A DNA stretch of 33,085 nt from Acidobacteriota bacterium (GCA_030550225.1 JAUQPV010000003.1:1-33085); one strand, 5' to 3'; numbered from the stretch's first letter, positions 1-9,648 are shown. Made by a program: numbers and translations. Notes: generated by a model from the letters alone, not told the origin.

Positions 1-25
1 ATTTCATCTGCATTTCATTTACCTA

Positions 26-127
26 TGAACTCGTCTCAAAACCCTCTCCCTGGGGGAGGGGACTGGGTGAGGGCCTCGATCCAGAGCTTCTTTCTCCCTG
101 GGATCAGGGACTTTTGAGATGAGTTCA
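26..127. mobile_element. Putative ~100-bp MITE-like element with 16-bp terminal inverted repeats
   Basis: TGAACTCGTCTCAAAA (26-41) and TTTTGAGATGAGTTCA (112-127) are reverse complements with 1 mismatch. A related end, GAACTCATCTCGAAACCC, recurs at 32927-32944. No transposase and no clear target duplication. Confidence 0.5.
42..61. repeat. REP-like palindrome CCCTCTCCCTGGGGGAGGGG
   Basis: Imperfect hairpin; near-identical copy at about 3659-3679. Confidence 0.55.
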
Positions 128-201
128 GGGTTTGGCCTGTAGACTTTCTCCCTGCCTTTTACCTTTTTACCTCTTGCCTCCTACCTCCGGGCCTTTCATG
201 T

Positions 202-237
202 CCATCTGCCTACCTGCCGACTGCCGAATTGCCGAAT
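202..237. repeat. Degenerate 7/8-mer tandem array (TGCCGAAT family)
   Basis: CCATCTG CCTACCTG CCGACTG CCGAATTG CCGAAT, ending at the SD of the next gene. Confidence 0.7.
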
Positions 238-250
238 AAGGAGGAGGCCG

Positions 251-412
251 ATGGCTGAGCCCGTCGTGGGCACCGTCGGGGAGATATGCAAGCAGGCCGG
301 TAACTACATCTGCGGCAACTGCGGTCACTACAAATACTACGACGAGGGCGACGAATTCGAGGCCTGCCCTATGTGCGGTGAAGAGGACATGGAGTGGGAA
401 TTGGAGACGTGA
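251..412 (+). CDS. Small acidic zinc-ribbon protein, 53 aa (not in ORF track)
   Basis: SD TAAGGAGGAGG at 237-247, ATG 251, TGA 410-412. MAEPVVGTVGEICKQAGNYICGNCGHYKYYDEGDEFEACPMCGEEDMEWELET has two CxxC pairs. Confidence 0.85.
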   Translation: MAEPVVGTVGEICKQAGNYICGNCGHYKYYDEGDEFEACPMCGEEDMEWELET

Positions 413-466
413 TGCGGGATGGGTCTCAGGCACCGGGGAAGACAGACCCCGGGCATAGGGTCCTCT

Positions 467-1378
467 TCACGCCGTGCCCTCGGCCCGCATCATCCACAGG
501 GCCAGGATGGCCCCCAGCAATCCCAGCAGGAGGCCCCCGCCGACGATCCACTGGGCGATCGAGTAAAGGACCGGGAGCTGGACCTGGACGGACCAGTACG
601 CCATCGTCAACTTCCGGAGATACCAGTTCGCCCCCTGCAGGCTGAGAAACCATAGGGCCGCCGCCAGCAGACTTCCCAGGAGACCCAGCAGGATCCCCTC
701 CAGGTAAAAGGGGAGCCGCACGTGCCAGGGATGCGCCCCCAGGAGGCTCAAGATCTGGACCTCCTCCCGGCGGGCAAAGAAGCTAAGGCGGATGACGTTC
801 GCCACCGTAAAGAGAGCCATCACGGCCAGGACCCCGCCGAGGACCAGGCCGCCCCACCGGACGACCCGGAACAGCGTACCCAGTCGCTCGACCCACCATT
901 GTTGGTAGTCGACCCCGGCGACCCCCGGCAGGCGCTGAAGGCTGGCGACCAAACGTCGCAGGCTCTGGGCTTCGACCCGCTCCGGTACCAACCGGACTTC
1001 ATAATGCGCCGGCAGGGGATTTGTCTGAAGACTGTCCATCAGGCCCTGGAACTCGGGGAACATCTCGACGAACCGCCGGCGGGCCTCGGTCGGGGAGATG
1101 AATTGCCAGGTCCGGACCAGGGGACTCTCGTGGAGCCATCGCTCGACGGCGACCCGCTGGCCGTCGTCGGCCTCCTCCATCAGATAAACGTACAGGATGA
1201 AACTCTCCCGGTACGGCCGGAGCCAAGTCTCCAGCCAGTGACCCGTCTGGAGCCAGCATCCGAATAGCCACAGGACGACCATGATGATGGACGACGAGAC
1301 GCCCGTCGTCATTCGGTTCCGCTTCAGGTTCATCCAGGCAAACTGCAGGATGGCCAGCCACGTGTACAACCGCCTCAT
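467..1378 (-). CDS. ftsX: Cell division permease-like protein FtsX
   Basis: N-terminal TM, periplasmic loop with NPLP, C-terminal motifs NVIRLSFFARREEVQILSLLGA and PFYLEG; ATGA overlap with ftsE. Confidence 0.92.
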   Translation of the reverse strand: MRRLYTWLAILQFAWMNLKRNRMTTGVSSSIIMVVLWLFGCWLQTGHWLETWLRPYRESFILYVYLMEEADDGQRVAVERWLHESPLVRTWQFISPTEARRRFVEMFPEFQGLMDSLQTNPLPAHYEVRLVPERVEAQSLRRLVASLQRLPGVAGVDYQQWWVERLGTLFRVVRWGGLVLGGVLAVMALFTVANVIRLSFFARREEVQILSLLGAHPWHVRLPFYLEGILLGLLGSLLAAALWFLSLQGANWYLRKLTMAYWSVQVQLPVLYSIAQWIVGGGLLLGLLGAILALWMMRAEGTA

Positions 1379-2091
1379 GGGACCTCCACGGGTAGGAGAC
1401 TGGGGTTGATCGGACGCTGGTCGACCAATTGGATCCGCTCCCGCTCGATGGCGTAAATCTTGCCGCCGACCAGCCGGATCAGGCGGTCGTCGTGGGTCGC
1501 CACGATGACGGTCGTACCGGCGGCGTTGATCCGGACGAAAATCCGCATGATCTCGACCGACATCTCGGGGTCCAGGTTGCCCGTCGGCTCGTCGGCCAGC
1601 AGGACCTTGGGGTTATGGATGATGGCCCGGGCGATGGCGACCCGCTGTTGCTCTCCGCCAGATAGGGCCGGCGGGTAGCTCCGCCACAGGCCTCCGAGGC
1701 CGACCGACTGGAGGGTCCGGATCGCCCGTTGGCGCTGTTCCTTCGGGGGGACGCCCATCAGGCGCAGAAGCAAGGTCACGTTCTCTAAGACGGTGTACGT
1801 CGGGATCAGGCGGAAGTCCTGGAACACAAAGCCCATCTGGCGCCGGATGCGGTACAAGCGGGCATCCGGGATGGCCCGCAGGTTCTGGCCCATGACCAGG
1901 ACCTGACCCTCCGTCGGATGAAGCTCCCGCAAGAGCAGACGCAAGAAGGTCGTCTTGCCTGCCCCGCTCGGACCCGTCAGGAACACGAAGTCCCCGGGCT
2001 CGATGACGAGATTCACGTCCCGGAAGAGCCAACGTCGCCGGTCGTAGGTGTGGCCCAATTGGAAGGTCTGGATGACCGCCGCCCGCACCAC
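1375..2091 (-). CDS. ftsE: Cell division ABC ATPase FtsE
   Basis: Walker A GPSGAGKTT, VFQDFRL, LSGGEQQRVAIARA, LADEPTGNLD; upstream of ftsX. Confidence 0.93.
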   Translation of the reverse strand: MVRAAVIQTFQLGHTYDRRRWLFRDVNLVIEPGDFVFLTGPSGAGKTTFLRLLLRELHPTEGQVLVMGQNLRAIPDARLYRIRRQMGFVFQDFRLIPTYTVLENVTLLLRLMGVPPKEQRQRAIRTLQSVGLGGLWRSYPPALSGGEQQRVAIARAIIHNPKVLLADEPTGNLDPEMSVEIMRIFVRINAAGTTVIVATHDDRLIRLVGGKIYAIERERIQLVDQRPINPSLLPVEVP

Positions 2092-2094
2092 TGC

Positions 2095-3555
2095 TCACCG
2101 GTCGGAGGGGGTCGTGACGAGGGCCTGAAGTCGTTCTTGTAAGAGGGCCTGCACTCGCTGGGGGTCCGCCTTGCCTCCGGCCTTGCGCATGACCTGGCCC
2201 ATGAAGAACCCGATGAGCTTCGTCCGGCCGGCCCGGTACTGCTCGACCTGCTCGGGGTTCTCCTGTAAGACCTCCTCGACCCAGTGGCGAATCTGATCTT
2301 CGTCCTGCGTCGCCTGCCAACCCCGCTCCTGCACGATGGCCGCCGGGTCCCGGCCCGTCCCCAACATGACGGTAAAGACCTCCTTGGCGACGGGGCCCGT
2401 GATGACCCGCGCCTGAACCATCTGAACGAGTTGGCCCAGGTGCGCCGGGGGGACGGTCGCCGGCGGTAGACCCGTCTCGAAGTCCATACAACGAAAGAGT
2501 TCAGATAAGATCCAGTTCGCTACGGCCTTCGGGGGAGCCCCGACTTGAACGGCCGCCTCGAAGTAGTCGGCCACCCGGGGATTCGCCGTCAGGAGCTCAG
2601 CGTCATAGGCCGGAAGTTGGTACTGGCGCATGAAACGCTCCATCCGCTGGTCCGGAAGTTCCGGTAGCGTCCGCCGTAAGTCCTCGACCCAGGCCGGGTC
2701 CAGACGGACCTCCAGGAGGTCCGGGTCCGGAAAGTACCGATAGTCATGCGCCTCTTCCTTCGTCCGCATGACCTCCGTACGTTGGTTCCGCTCGTCCCAC
2801 AGGCGGGTCTCCTGGACAAGGGTCCCGCCCGCCTCCAAGACCCGGACCTGGCGCTCGATCTCATACTCCAAAGCCTTCTGGAGGAACTTAAAAGAGTTCA
2901 AGTTTTTGAGCTCGACCTTGTAGTCCGGCAGGGGGGCCCCGGGCCGTCGGACGGAAACGTTGGCATCGCACCGGAGGCTCCCCTGCTCCATGTTGCCATC
3001 ACAGACGCCCAGATACAGCAAGACCTGCCGGAGCTTCCGCAGATAGGCGGCCGCCTCCTTGGGGGAACGGATGTCCGGCTCGGAGACGATCTCCATCAGG
3101 GGGGCCCCGCATCGGTTGAAGTCCAGATACGTGTAGCGGTCTGAGTCCGGGAAGCCCTCGTGGAGGGACTTGCCGGCGTCTTCTTCGACGTGGAGACGGC
3201 GGATCCGGACCCGCCGGGTCTCGCCGTCGAGACGGAATTCGAGGACGCCGCCCGTCGCCAGGGGCCGGTCGTACTGAGAGATCTGATAGTTCTTGGGGAG
3301 GTCCGGATAGAAGTAGTTCTTACGGCTGAACTCACAGACGGCATGGACCGTACACTGCAAGGCCAGGGCCGTCCGGACGGCCATCGCCAGGGCCGCCTCG
3401 TTGGGGACGGGGAGGCTCCCCGGTAGGCCCAGACAAACAGGACAGACGTTCGTGTTTGGGGGGTCGCCGAACCGGTTCAAGCAACGGCAGAACATCTTCG
3501 TCGCCGTCAAGAGCTGGGCGTGAACCTCCAAGCCGATGACCGCTTCCCAAGTCAT
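2095..3555 (-). CDS. gatB: Asp/Glu-tRNA amidotransferase subunit B
   Basis: [43 protein letters not shown]. Start placed at ATG 3555 (MTWEAV) with GGAGG upstream; the track's longer N-terminus is repeat sequence. Confidence 0.97.
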   Translation of the reverse strand: MTWEAVIGLEVHAQLLTATKMFCRCLNRFGDPPNTNVCPVCLGLPGSLPVPNEAALAMAVRTALALQCTVHAVCEFSRKNYFYPDLPKNYQISQYDRPLATGGVLEFRLDGETRRVRIRRLHVEEDAGKSLHEGFPDSDRYTYLDFNRCGAPLMEIVSEPDIRSPKEAAAYLRKLRQVLLYLGVCDGNMEQGSLRCDANVSVRRPGAPLPDYKVELKNLNSFKFLQKALEYEIERQVRVLEAGGTLVQETRLWDERNQRTEVMRTKEEAHDYRYFPDPDLLEVRLDPAWVEDLRRTLPELPDQRMERFMRQYQLPAYDAELLTANPRVADYFEAAVQVGAPPKAVANWILSELFRCMDFETGLPPATVPPAHLGQLVQMVQARVITGPVAKEVFTVMLGTGRDPAAIVQERGWQATQDEDQIRHWVEEVLQENPEQVEQYRAGRTKLIGFFMGQVMRKAGGKADPQRVQALLQERLQALVTTPSDR

Positions 3556-3568
3556 GAAGAACGCCTCC

Positions 3569-3657
3569 GATGGATGGCAGGATACAGGTGAAGGATGTAG
3601 GATGCAAGAGCAGGTTGGAGGGATACAGATTGACTCATGGCTCATGAGCCATGAGTC
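3569..3657. repeat. Heptamer arrays (GATGCAG-like, then palindromic TGACTCA/TGAGCCA)
   Basis: GATGGCAG GATACAG ... GATGTAG GATGCAA; TGACTCA TGGCTCA TGAGCCA TGAGTC. Confidence 0.65.
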
Positions 3658-3911
3658 GCCCTCTCCCTGGGGGAGGGGGTAGCCTTAGTCATGCGGGGGT
3701 CTGGAGGGGGCCTGGTGGCGGCCTGACGGCCGGTGTCCTGAAAGACGAGCGCCGGCACGGGGCTGTTTCAGGAGCGGCTGACCCAGGTCATCGCCGGATT
3801 CGCTGAAAGGGGTCCTGAGACAGGCCCCATCGGACTGTGGAAAAACCCCTGCAGAGGAGGTCTTCATCCCCTACCCACCAAAAATGGAACAGTCACGTCA
3901 CCCTCCGGTCG

Positions 3912-3940
3912 TTGACAGGTCGGGGTGAGAGACCTAAGAT
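3912..3940 (+). promoter_or_regulatory. Sigma70-type promoter for the tRNA/tuf cluster
   Basis: TTGACA (3912-3917), 17-nt spacer, TAAGAT (3935-3940). Confidence 0.75.
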
Positions 3941-4002
3941 AAAGGCCTAAGTGACACCCGTGCCTTCTGCGGCGTGCTCCACCCGTAAGGGGAATGCCAT
4001 CC

Positions 4003-4078
4003 GCCGGCGTGGCGCAATCGGTAGCGCAATGGATTTGTAATCCGTGGGCTGGGGGTTCGAGTCCCCCCGCCGGCTCCA
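4003..4078 (+). tRNA. tRNA-Thr(TGT)
   Basis: Acceptor GCCGGCG/CGCCGGC, anticodon arm ATGGA-TTTGTAA-TCCGT, T loop TTCGAGT, encoded CCA; 76 nt. Confidence 0.97.
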
Positions 4079-4439
4079 GGTGGCCCCGTCGTCCGGCGGG
4101 TCCGCCCTCCAGGCCCTTGGTCTTTCCCGACGGGTCCGGCCCCAGGTCCCAGTTGCCGGGTCCCAGGCGGATGGTGGATGATAGAAGGGGTGGACTATAT
4201 AATAGACATGGTGAAGGGGGTGGATTCTGTCGAACAGGTCGGTCCGAGTCAAAGGGCTTGAGGAGCCGATAGGGGTCTGCCCCAAGGGGTGGTTTTCGAG
4301 TCGGGGGTAGCGGCGTGGGGTTGCCGTACCGGCGGGACGTCGTGATGGCGGGACGAGGTCGTGCTCCTTTTCTGTAGTTCTCTCGATGGCTGCTTTCTTT
4401 GGAACCCCGTCACGATATCAGGACGTCCTGTCGTTAGGT

Positions 4440-4525
4440 GGGGAGGTGCCCGAGCGGCCAAAGGGAGTGGACTGTAAATCCACCGCCGGAAGGCTTCGGA
4501 GGTTCAAATCCTTCCCTCCCCACCA
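4440..4525 (+). tRNA. tRNA-Tyr(GTA)
   Basis: Acceptor GGGGAGG/CCTCCCC, anticodon loop CTGTAAA, long variable arm, CCA; 86 nt. Confidence 0.97.
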
Positions 4526-4528
4526 GGG

Positions 4529-4603
4529 GCGGGAATAGCTCAGGGGTAGAGCATCAGCCTTCCAAGCTGAGGGCCGCGGGTTCGAATCCCGTTTCCCGCT
4601 CCA
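4529..4603 (+). tRNA. tRNA-Gly(TCC)
   Basis: Acceptor GCGGGAA/TTCCCGC, arm TCAGC-CTTCCAA-GCTGA, CCA. Confidence 0.97.
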
Positions 4604-4662
4604 CGGGGTCGGGTCCTGGGTGCCAGACCTCCGGCAGGGGTCGGGTAATTAGGGTCAAGTTC

Positions 4663-4696
4663 AATTCGCAATTCGCAATCCAAAATTCGCAATTCA
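4663..4696. repeat. Heptamer array (AATTCGC)n
   Basis: AATTCGC AATTCGC AATCCAA AATTCGC AATTCA between two tRNA genes; same unit at about 19227-19251. Confidence 0.8.
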
Positions 4697-4706
4697 TGGG
4701 AAGGGG

Positions 4707-4782
4707 GCCCACGTAGCTCAGGCGGTAGAGCACTTCCTTGGTAAGGAAGAGGCCACCGGTTCGAGTCCGGTCGTGGGCTCCA
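4707..4782 (+). tRNA. tRNA-Thr(GGT)
   Basis: Acceptor GCCCACG/CGTGGGC, arm CTTCC-TTGGTAA-GGAAG, CCA; 76 nt. Confidence 0.97.
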
Positions 4783-4858
4783 TCTGACGGTGCTGGGTCG
4801 TGGGTGGGACCCGACGTCCAGGACTCAGCACCAGACCGAAGGACCGAGGAGGAATCCC

Positions 4859-6055
<1,197 letters not shown>

Positions 6056-6061
6056 GGGCCG

Positions 6062-6226
6062 ATGGCCAAAAAGAAGGGTCGTCAGACGGTCACCCTGGAA
6101 TGTACAGAATGCCGACGCCGGAACTACACGACCCAGAAGAACCGGACCAACACGCCCGACCGATTGGAGCTCCGGAAGCACTGTCCGCACTGCCGTCGGC
6201 ATACCTTGCACCGGGAGACGAAATAG
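6062..6226 (+). CDS. rpmG: 50S ribosomal protein L33, zinc-binding (C+) form, 54 aa (not in ORF track)
   Basis: [54 protein letters not shown]; canonical position between tuf and tRNA-Trp. Confidence 0.96.
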   Translation: MAKKKGRQTVTLECTECRRRNYTTQKNRTNTPDRLELRKHCPHCRRHTLHRETK

Positions 6227-6259
6227 CCCATAATATGGGGTGGACTCCGGAGTCGCCGC

Positions 6260-6336
6260 AGGGCACTAGCTCAACCAGGCAGAGCATCGGTCTCCAAAAC
6301 CGAGGGTTGGGGGTTCAAATCCCTCGTGCCCTGCCA
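6260..6336 (+). tRNA. tRNA-Trp(CCA)
   Basis: Acceptor AGGGCAC/GTGCCCT, arm TCGGT-CTCCAAA-ACCGA, CCA end. Confidence 0.97.
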
Positions 6337-6356
6337 TCGTAGCGTGGAGTGCACGC

Positions 6357-6560
6357 GTGCAGTGGTGGCATCGTCTCCGCCGTTTCCTTCGCGACGTACA
6401 GGACGAACTCCGTCGAGTCACCTGGCCCAGCCGCCCATCGGTGGTAGAGCACACGGTCTTGGTCCTCCTGACGGTGGCCATCATCGGCTTCGTGCTGTGG
6501 CTGGTCGACCTGGGGGGCCAACAGGTACTGCATGAACTCTTTCGCCGTCTGCTCGGTTGA
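6357..6560 (+). CDS. secE: Preprotein translocase subunit SecE
   Basis: FLRDVQDELRRVTWPS motif plus one TM helix; between tRNA-Trp and nusG. Confidence 0.93.
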   Translation: MQWWHRLRRFLRDVQDELRRVTWPSRPSVVEHTVLVLLTVAIIGFVLWLVDLGGQQVLHELFRRLLG

Positions 6561-6641
6561 TCGAGCATCCCTACATTTTCGGTAGCCGGCTCGAAGGACC
6601 CGGGCCGACCTCTATGCTCAAATCGCTACGGGGTCTCCGAC

Positions 6642-7196
6642 ATGCCCGAATCGGTGGAAAAGACCACAAAGTGGTACGTCTTGCATACTTACGCCGGTCA
6701 GGAGGATGCCGTCCGGGAGGCCCTGGAACAACGAGTCCGGGCGTACAACCTCCAGGATAAGGTCCGGCGGATCCTGGTCCCCCGGCAAAAGGTCATCGAG
6801 ATCCGGGACGGCAAACGGGTCGAGACCGAGCGCAAGCTGTTTCCGGGCTACATCCTGATCGAGGCCGACCTGGACGACGAGCGGACCTGGCAAATCGTCC
6901 GGACGACGCCCCGGGTCGCCGGGATCATCAGCGCCGGTCGGCGGCCGATGCCCTTAACAGACGAAGAGATCCAGCGGATCTTCGAGCAAATCCGGGAAGC
7001 CGAGGAAAAGCCCGTCACGGAACTCGAATTCGAGCGCGGGGAGACGGTCCAGATCATCGACGGCCCCTTTACCGGTTTCGTCGGGCAAATCGAGGACATT
7101 AACTACCAGAAGCAGACCCTTCGGGTCGTCGTCACCATCTTTAGCCGGGCCACCCCCCTGGAGCTCAGTTTCTTGCAGGTCAAGAAGTTGCAGTGA
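6642..7196 (+). CDS. nusG: Transcription factor NusG
   Basis: KWYVLHTYAGQE, LFPGYILI, KOW domain GETVQIIDGPFTGFVG. Confidence 0.97.
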   Translation: MPESVEKTTKWYVLHTYAGQEDAVREALEQRVRAYNLQDKVRRILVPRQKVIEIRDGKRVETERKLFPGYILIEADLDDERTWQIVRTTPRVAGIISAGRRPMPLTDEEIQRIFEQIREAEEKPVTELEFERGETVQIIDGPFTGFVGQIEDINYQKQTLRVVVTIFSRATPLELSFLQVKKLQ

Positions 7197-7232
7197 CGCG
7201 GTGGCCGGGTTCACGGAGGGGAGAAGCGTCCG

Positions 7233-7661
7233 ATGGGTAAGAAGCGGGAGGTCGCTACCGTACGGTTAATCTTGGAAGGCGGGAGCGCCACGCCGGGTCC
7301 ACCGGTCGGCCCGGCCCTGGGTCAGCACGGCGTGAACCTGATGGAGTTTGTCAAGACCTTTAACGCCTTGACGGCCTCGATGCGGGGCCAACAAGTCCGG
7401 GTCCTGGTCCATATCTACGAGGACCGGACGTTTTCCGTCGAGCTGAAGGGTCCGGTGACCTCATTTCTGTTAAAGCAACTGGCCGGGATCGTGAAGGGCT
7501 CGGGGACGCCGAATAAGGAGAAGGTGGGTAAGATCACGCGGGCCCAACTGGTCGAGCTGGCCCGTCAGCGGATGAAGGATATGAACTGTGATTCCCTCGA
7601 GGCGGCTGTCCGGACCCTGGAGGGTCAGTGTAAGAGTATGGGCATCGCCGTCGTGGATTAA
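7233..7661 (+). CDS. rplK: 50S ribosomal protein L11
   Basis: ATPGPPVGPALGQHGVN, IYEDRTF, SMGI; synteny. Confidence 0.97.
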   Translation: MGKKREVATVRLILEGGSATPGPPVGPALGQHGVNLMEFVKTFNALTASMRGQQVRVLVHIYEDRTFSVELKGPVTSFLLKQLAGIVKGSGTPNKEKVGKITRAQLVELARQRMKDMNCDSLEAAVRTLEGQCKSMGIAVVD

Positions 7662-7662
7662 A

Positions 7663-7793
7663 GATGGGCAATAAGGCAGTGAGGCAGTAGGGCCGTAAGG
7701 CCGTAAGTTCTACCGGACGGGCATTTCAGGATGCCCCCAGTGACGGCGTACATAGACGGATGGCCTTACTGCCGTATTGCCTAATGGCCTAAT
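7663..7793. repeat. Inverted pair of octamer arrays between rplK and rplA
   Basis: GATGGGCA ATAAGGCA GTGAGGCA GTAGGGCC GTAAGGCC (7663-7702), then complementary GGCCTTAC TGCCGTAT TGCCTAAT GGCCTAAT (7762-7793). Confidence 0.8.
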
Positions 7794-7812
7794 CCTGTGC
7801 CGGAGGATTGCG

Positions 7813-8508
7813 GTGGGGCGTAAATACGCGGCGGCGCTGGCGAAGGTCGAGGCCCGGCCGTACCGTCTGGAAGCGGCCCTGGCTCTGCTGAAGGAGATCG
7901 CTTTTGCTCGATTCGATGAGACGGTCGAATTGGCCTTGCGTCTGGGGGTCGACCCCCGAAAGCCCGAGCAACAGGTGCGTGGAAGCGTCGTCCTCCCGCA
8001 CGGAACGGGCAAAGCCCGGCGCGTCCTGGCCATCGCCGTCGGCGACAAGGCCGTCGAGGCCCGCCAGGCCGGGGCCGATTTCGTCGAAGGCCCCGAGGTC
8101 GTCGAGCGGATCGAGCAAGGGTGGCTCGACTACGATGCCGTCGTCGCCACGCCGGACATGATGCGCTTTTTGGGACGCGTCGGAAAGGTCCTGGGTCCCC
8201 GAGGCCTGATGCCGAACCCGAAGGCCGGTACGGTCACCCAGGACATCGGTCGGGCGATCCGAGAAATCAAGGCCGGTCGTGTGGAGTTTCGGACAGACAA
8301 GACGGGTAACGTCCACATTCCTGTCGGGAAGAAGTCCTTCCCGGTCGAGCACCTGGTCGAAAATGTCCTGGCGGCCGTCGAAGCCGTCCTTCGGGCGAAG
8401 CCCTCGACGGCCCGAGGGAAGTACCTCCGGCGGGCCTACGTGAGCACGACGATGAGCCCAGCCTTGGAGTTGGACCTGAACGACCTGCTGGCCCGTCTGC
8501 GGGTGTAG
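7813..8508 (+). CDS. rplA: 50S ribosomal protein L1
   Basis: [32 protein letters not shown]; GTG 7813 after GGAGG at 7802-7806. Confidence 0.97.
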   Translation: MGRKYAAALAKVEARPYRLEAALALLKEIAFARFDETVELALRLGVDPRKPEQQVRGSVVLPHGTGKARRVLAIAVGDKAVEARQAGADFVEGPEVVERIEQGWLDYDAVVATPDMMRFLGRVGKVLGPRGLMPNPKAGTVTQDIGRAIREIKAGRVEFRTDKTGNVHIPVGKKSFPVEHLVENVLAAVEAVLRAKPSTARGKYLRRAYVSTTMSPALELDLNDLLARLRV

Positions 8509-8684
8509 GGCCATTCGGGAATTCGGCAGTTCGGCAGATGGGCAGTTTGTCAAAGAGCTTAGAGCAGAGAGGGCAGAGGATGCGGGGCGCTGGACTCGTA
8601 GCGCTTTACCCTATGCGCTGGGCTCTTGGCCATGGGCTTACCCACCGAACGGCCGGATTCCCGAACTGCCGAATTGCCGAATGA
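8505..8684. repeat. Inverted pair of octamer arrays between rplA and rplJ
   Basis: GTAGGGCC ATTCGGGA ATTCGGCA GTTCGGCA GATGGGCA (8505-8544), then CCGAACGG CCGGATTC CCGAACTG CCGAATTG CCGAATGA (8645-8684). Confidence 0.8.
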
Positions 8685-8697
8685 TGGAGTCCTGACG

Positions 8698-9648
8698 ATG
8701 CGTGTCCGACCCAACCGGTTGAAGAAGGAAGAGTGGGTCCAGTCCTTTCGGCAGGAAGTCCTGCAGTATCCGGCTGTCCTCTTGCTGGCGCCCCAGGGCG
8801 TCTCGGCCCGAGAGGACCTGCAGATCCGGCGTCGCATCAAGGCCTTGCAGGCCCACTATCGGGTCGTCAAGAACCGTCTCGCCCGGCTCGCCTTCCAGGG
8901 GACGCCCTTCGAGAAGCTAAGCGACGCCCTCCGGGGGATGACGGCCGTCGCCTATCATACGGACGGGGTCGCCCTCGCCAAGTTGGTTCGGGACCTCATG
9001 AAGGAATACACGCACCTGGCCTTTAAGGCGGCCGTCGTCGAGGGCCAGCTCTTTACCGACAAGCAACTGGACTTATTGATCAACCTGCCGTCGAAGGAGT
9101 CGGCCCGGGCCCAACTGTTGGGCCTCTTCCAAGGTCCGGCGGCCCGGATGGTCCGGCTTCTGGCGGCTCCGCTTCAGCAATTTTTAGCCGTCTTACATCA
9201 GGCCCAAGCCCAACGGGCTCAAGAGCCTGCACGAGAAGGAGGTGGTCCCATGGCCGAGCTGACGAAGGAGCAGGTCATCGAGTACCTGAGTAGCCTGACC
9301 GTCACCCAGCTCGTCGAACTCGTCAAGGACCTCGAGCAACGGTGGGGTGTCCAGGCGGCGGCCGCCGTGCCGATGGCGGTGCCTGTCGCCGGCGGGGTCC
9401 CCGCCGGGACGACCGAGGAGGAGAAGGTCGTCACATACAACGTCGTTATCAAAGACGCCGGTCAGCAAAAGGTCCAACTCATCAAGGTCCTGCGGGAGAT
9501 CTTCCCGGAGCTGGGCCTGAAGGAAGCGAAGGCCCTGGTCGATGCGGCGCCCAAGACCATCAAGGAGGGCCTTACGCGGGAAGAGGCCGAGGACCTCAAG
9601 AAGAAACTGGAGCAGGCGGGCGCCACGGTCGAGATCACGTCCAAGTAA
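8698..9648 (+). CDS. rplJ: 50S ribosomal protein L10 reading in frame, without a stop, into L7/L12 (L10-L12 fusion ORF)
   Basis: L10 motifs VVKNRLARLA, L.G.TAVAY, LPSKE. Codons 9181-9249 checked by hand and contain no stop; the only stop is TAA 9646-9648. ATG 8698 follows GGAG. Confidence 0.9.
   Translation: MRVRPNRLKKEEWVQSFRQEVLQYPAVLLLAPQGVSAREDLQIRRRIKALQAHYRVVKNRLARLAFQGTPFEKLSDALRGMTAVAYHTDGVALAKLVRDLMKEYTHLAFKAAVVEGQLFTDKQLDLLINLPSKESARAQLLGLFQGPAARMVRLLAAPLQQFLAVLHQAQAQRAQEPAREGGGPMAELTKEQVIEYLSSLTVTQLVELVKDLEQRWGVQAAAAVPMAVPVAGGVPAGTTEEEKVVTYNVVIKDAGQQKVQLIKVLREIFPELGLKEAKALVDAAPKTIKEGLTREEAEDLKKKLEQAGATVEITSK
9250..9648 (+). CDS. rplL: 50S ribosomal protein L7/L12 (internal in-frame start)
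   Basis: GAAGGAGGTG (9235-9244) then ATG 9250; MAELTKEQVIEYLSSLTV...LGLKEAKALVD...LEQAGATVEI. Confidence 0.93.
   Translation: MAELTKEQVIEYLSSLTVTQLVELVKDLEQRWGVQAAAAVPMAVPVAGGVPAGTTEEEKVVTYNVVIKDAGQQKVQLIKVLREIFPELGLKEAKALVDAAPKTIKEGLTREEAEDLKKKLEQAGATVEITSK

Noticed and set aside
2095-3555. gatB without gatC/gatA
   Set aside because: Split gat genes are common; nothing else unusual.
3556-3645. Long N-terminal extensions in the ORF track for GatB, L1, L10, DUF488, YmdB-like and TPR proteins
   Set aside because: They are translations of intergenic repeat arrays; better starts, mostly with SD sequences, lie downstream.
3994-4716. Short ORFs overlapping the tRNA genes
   Set aside because: The cloverleaf structures explain the sequence; the ORFs have no protein-like features.
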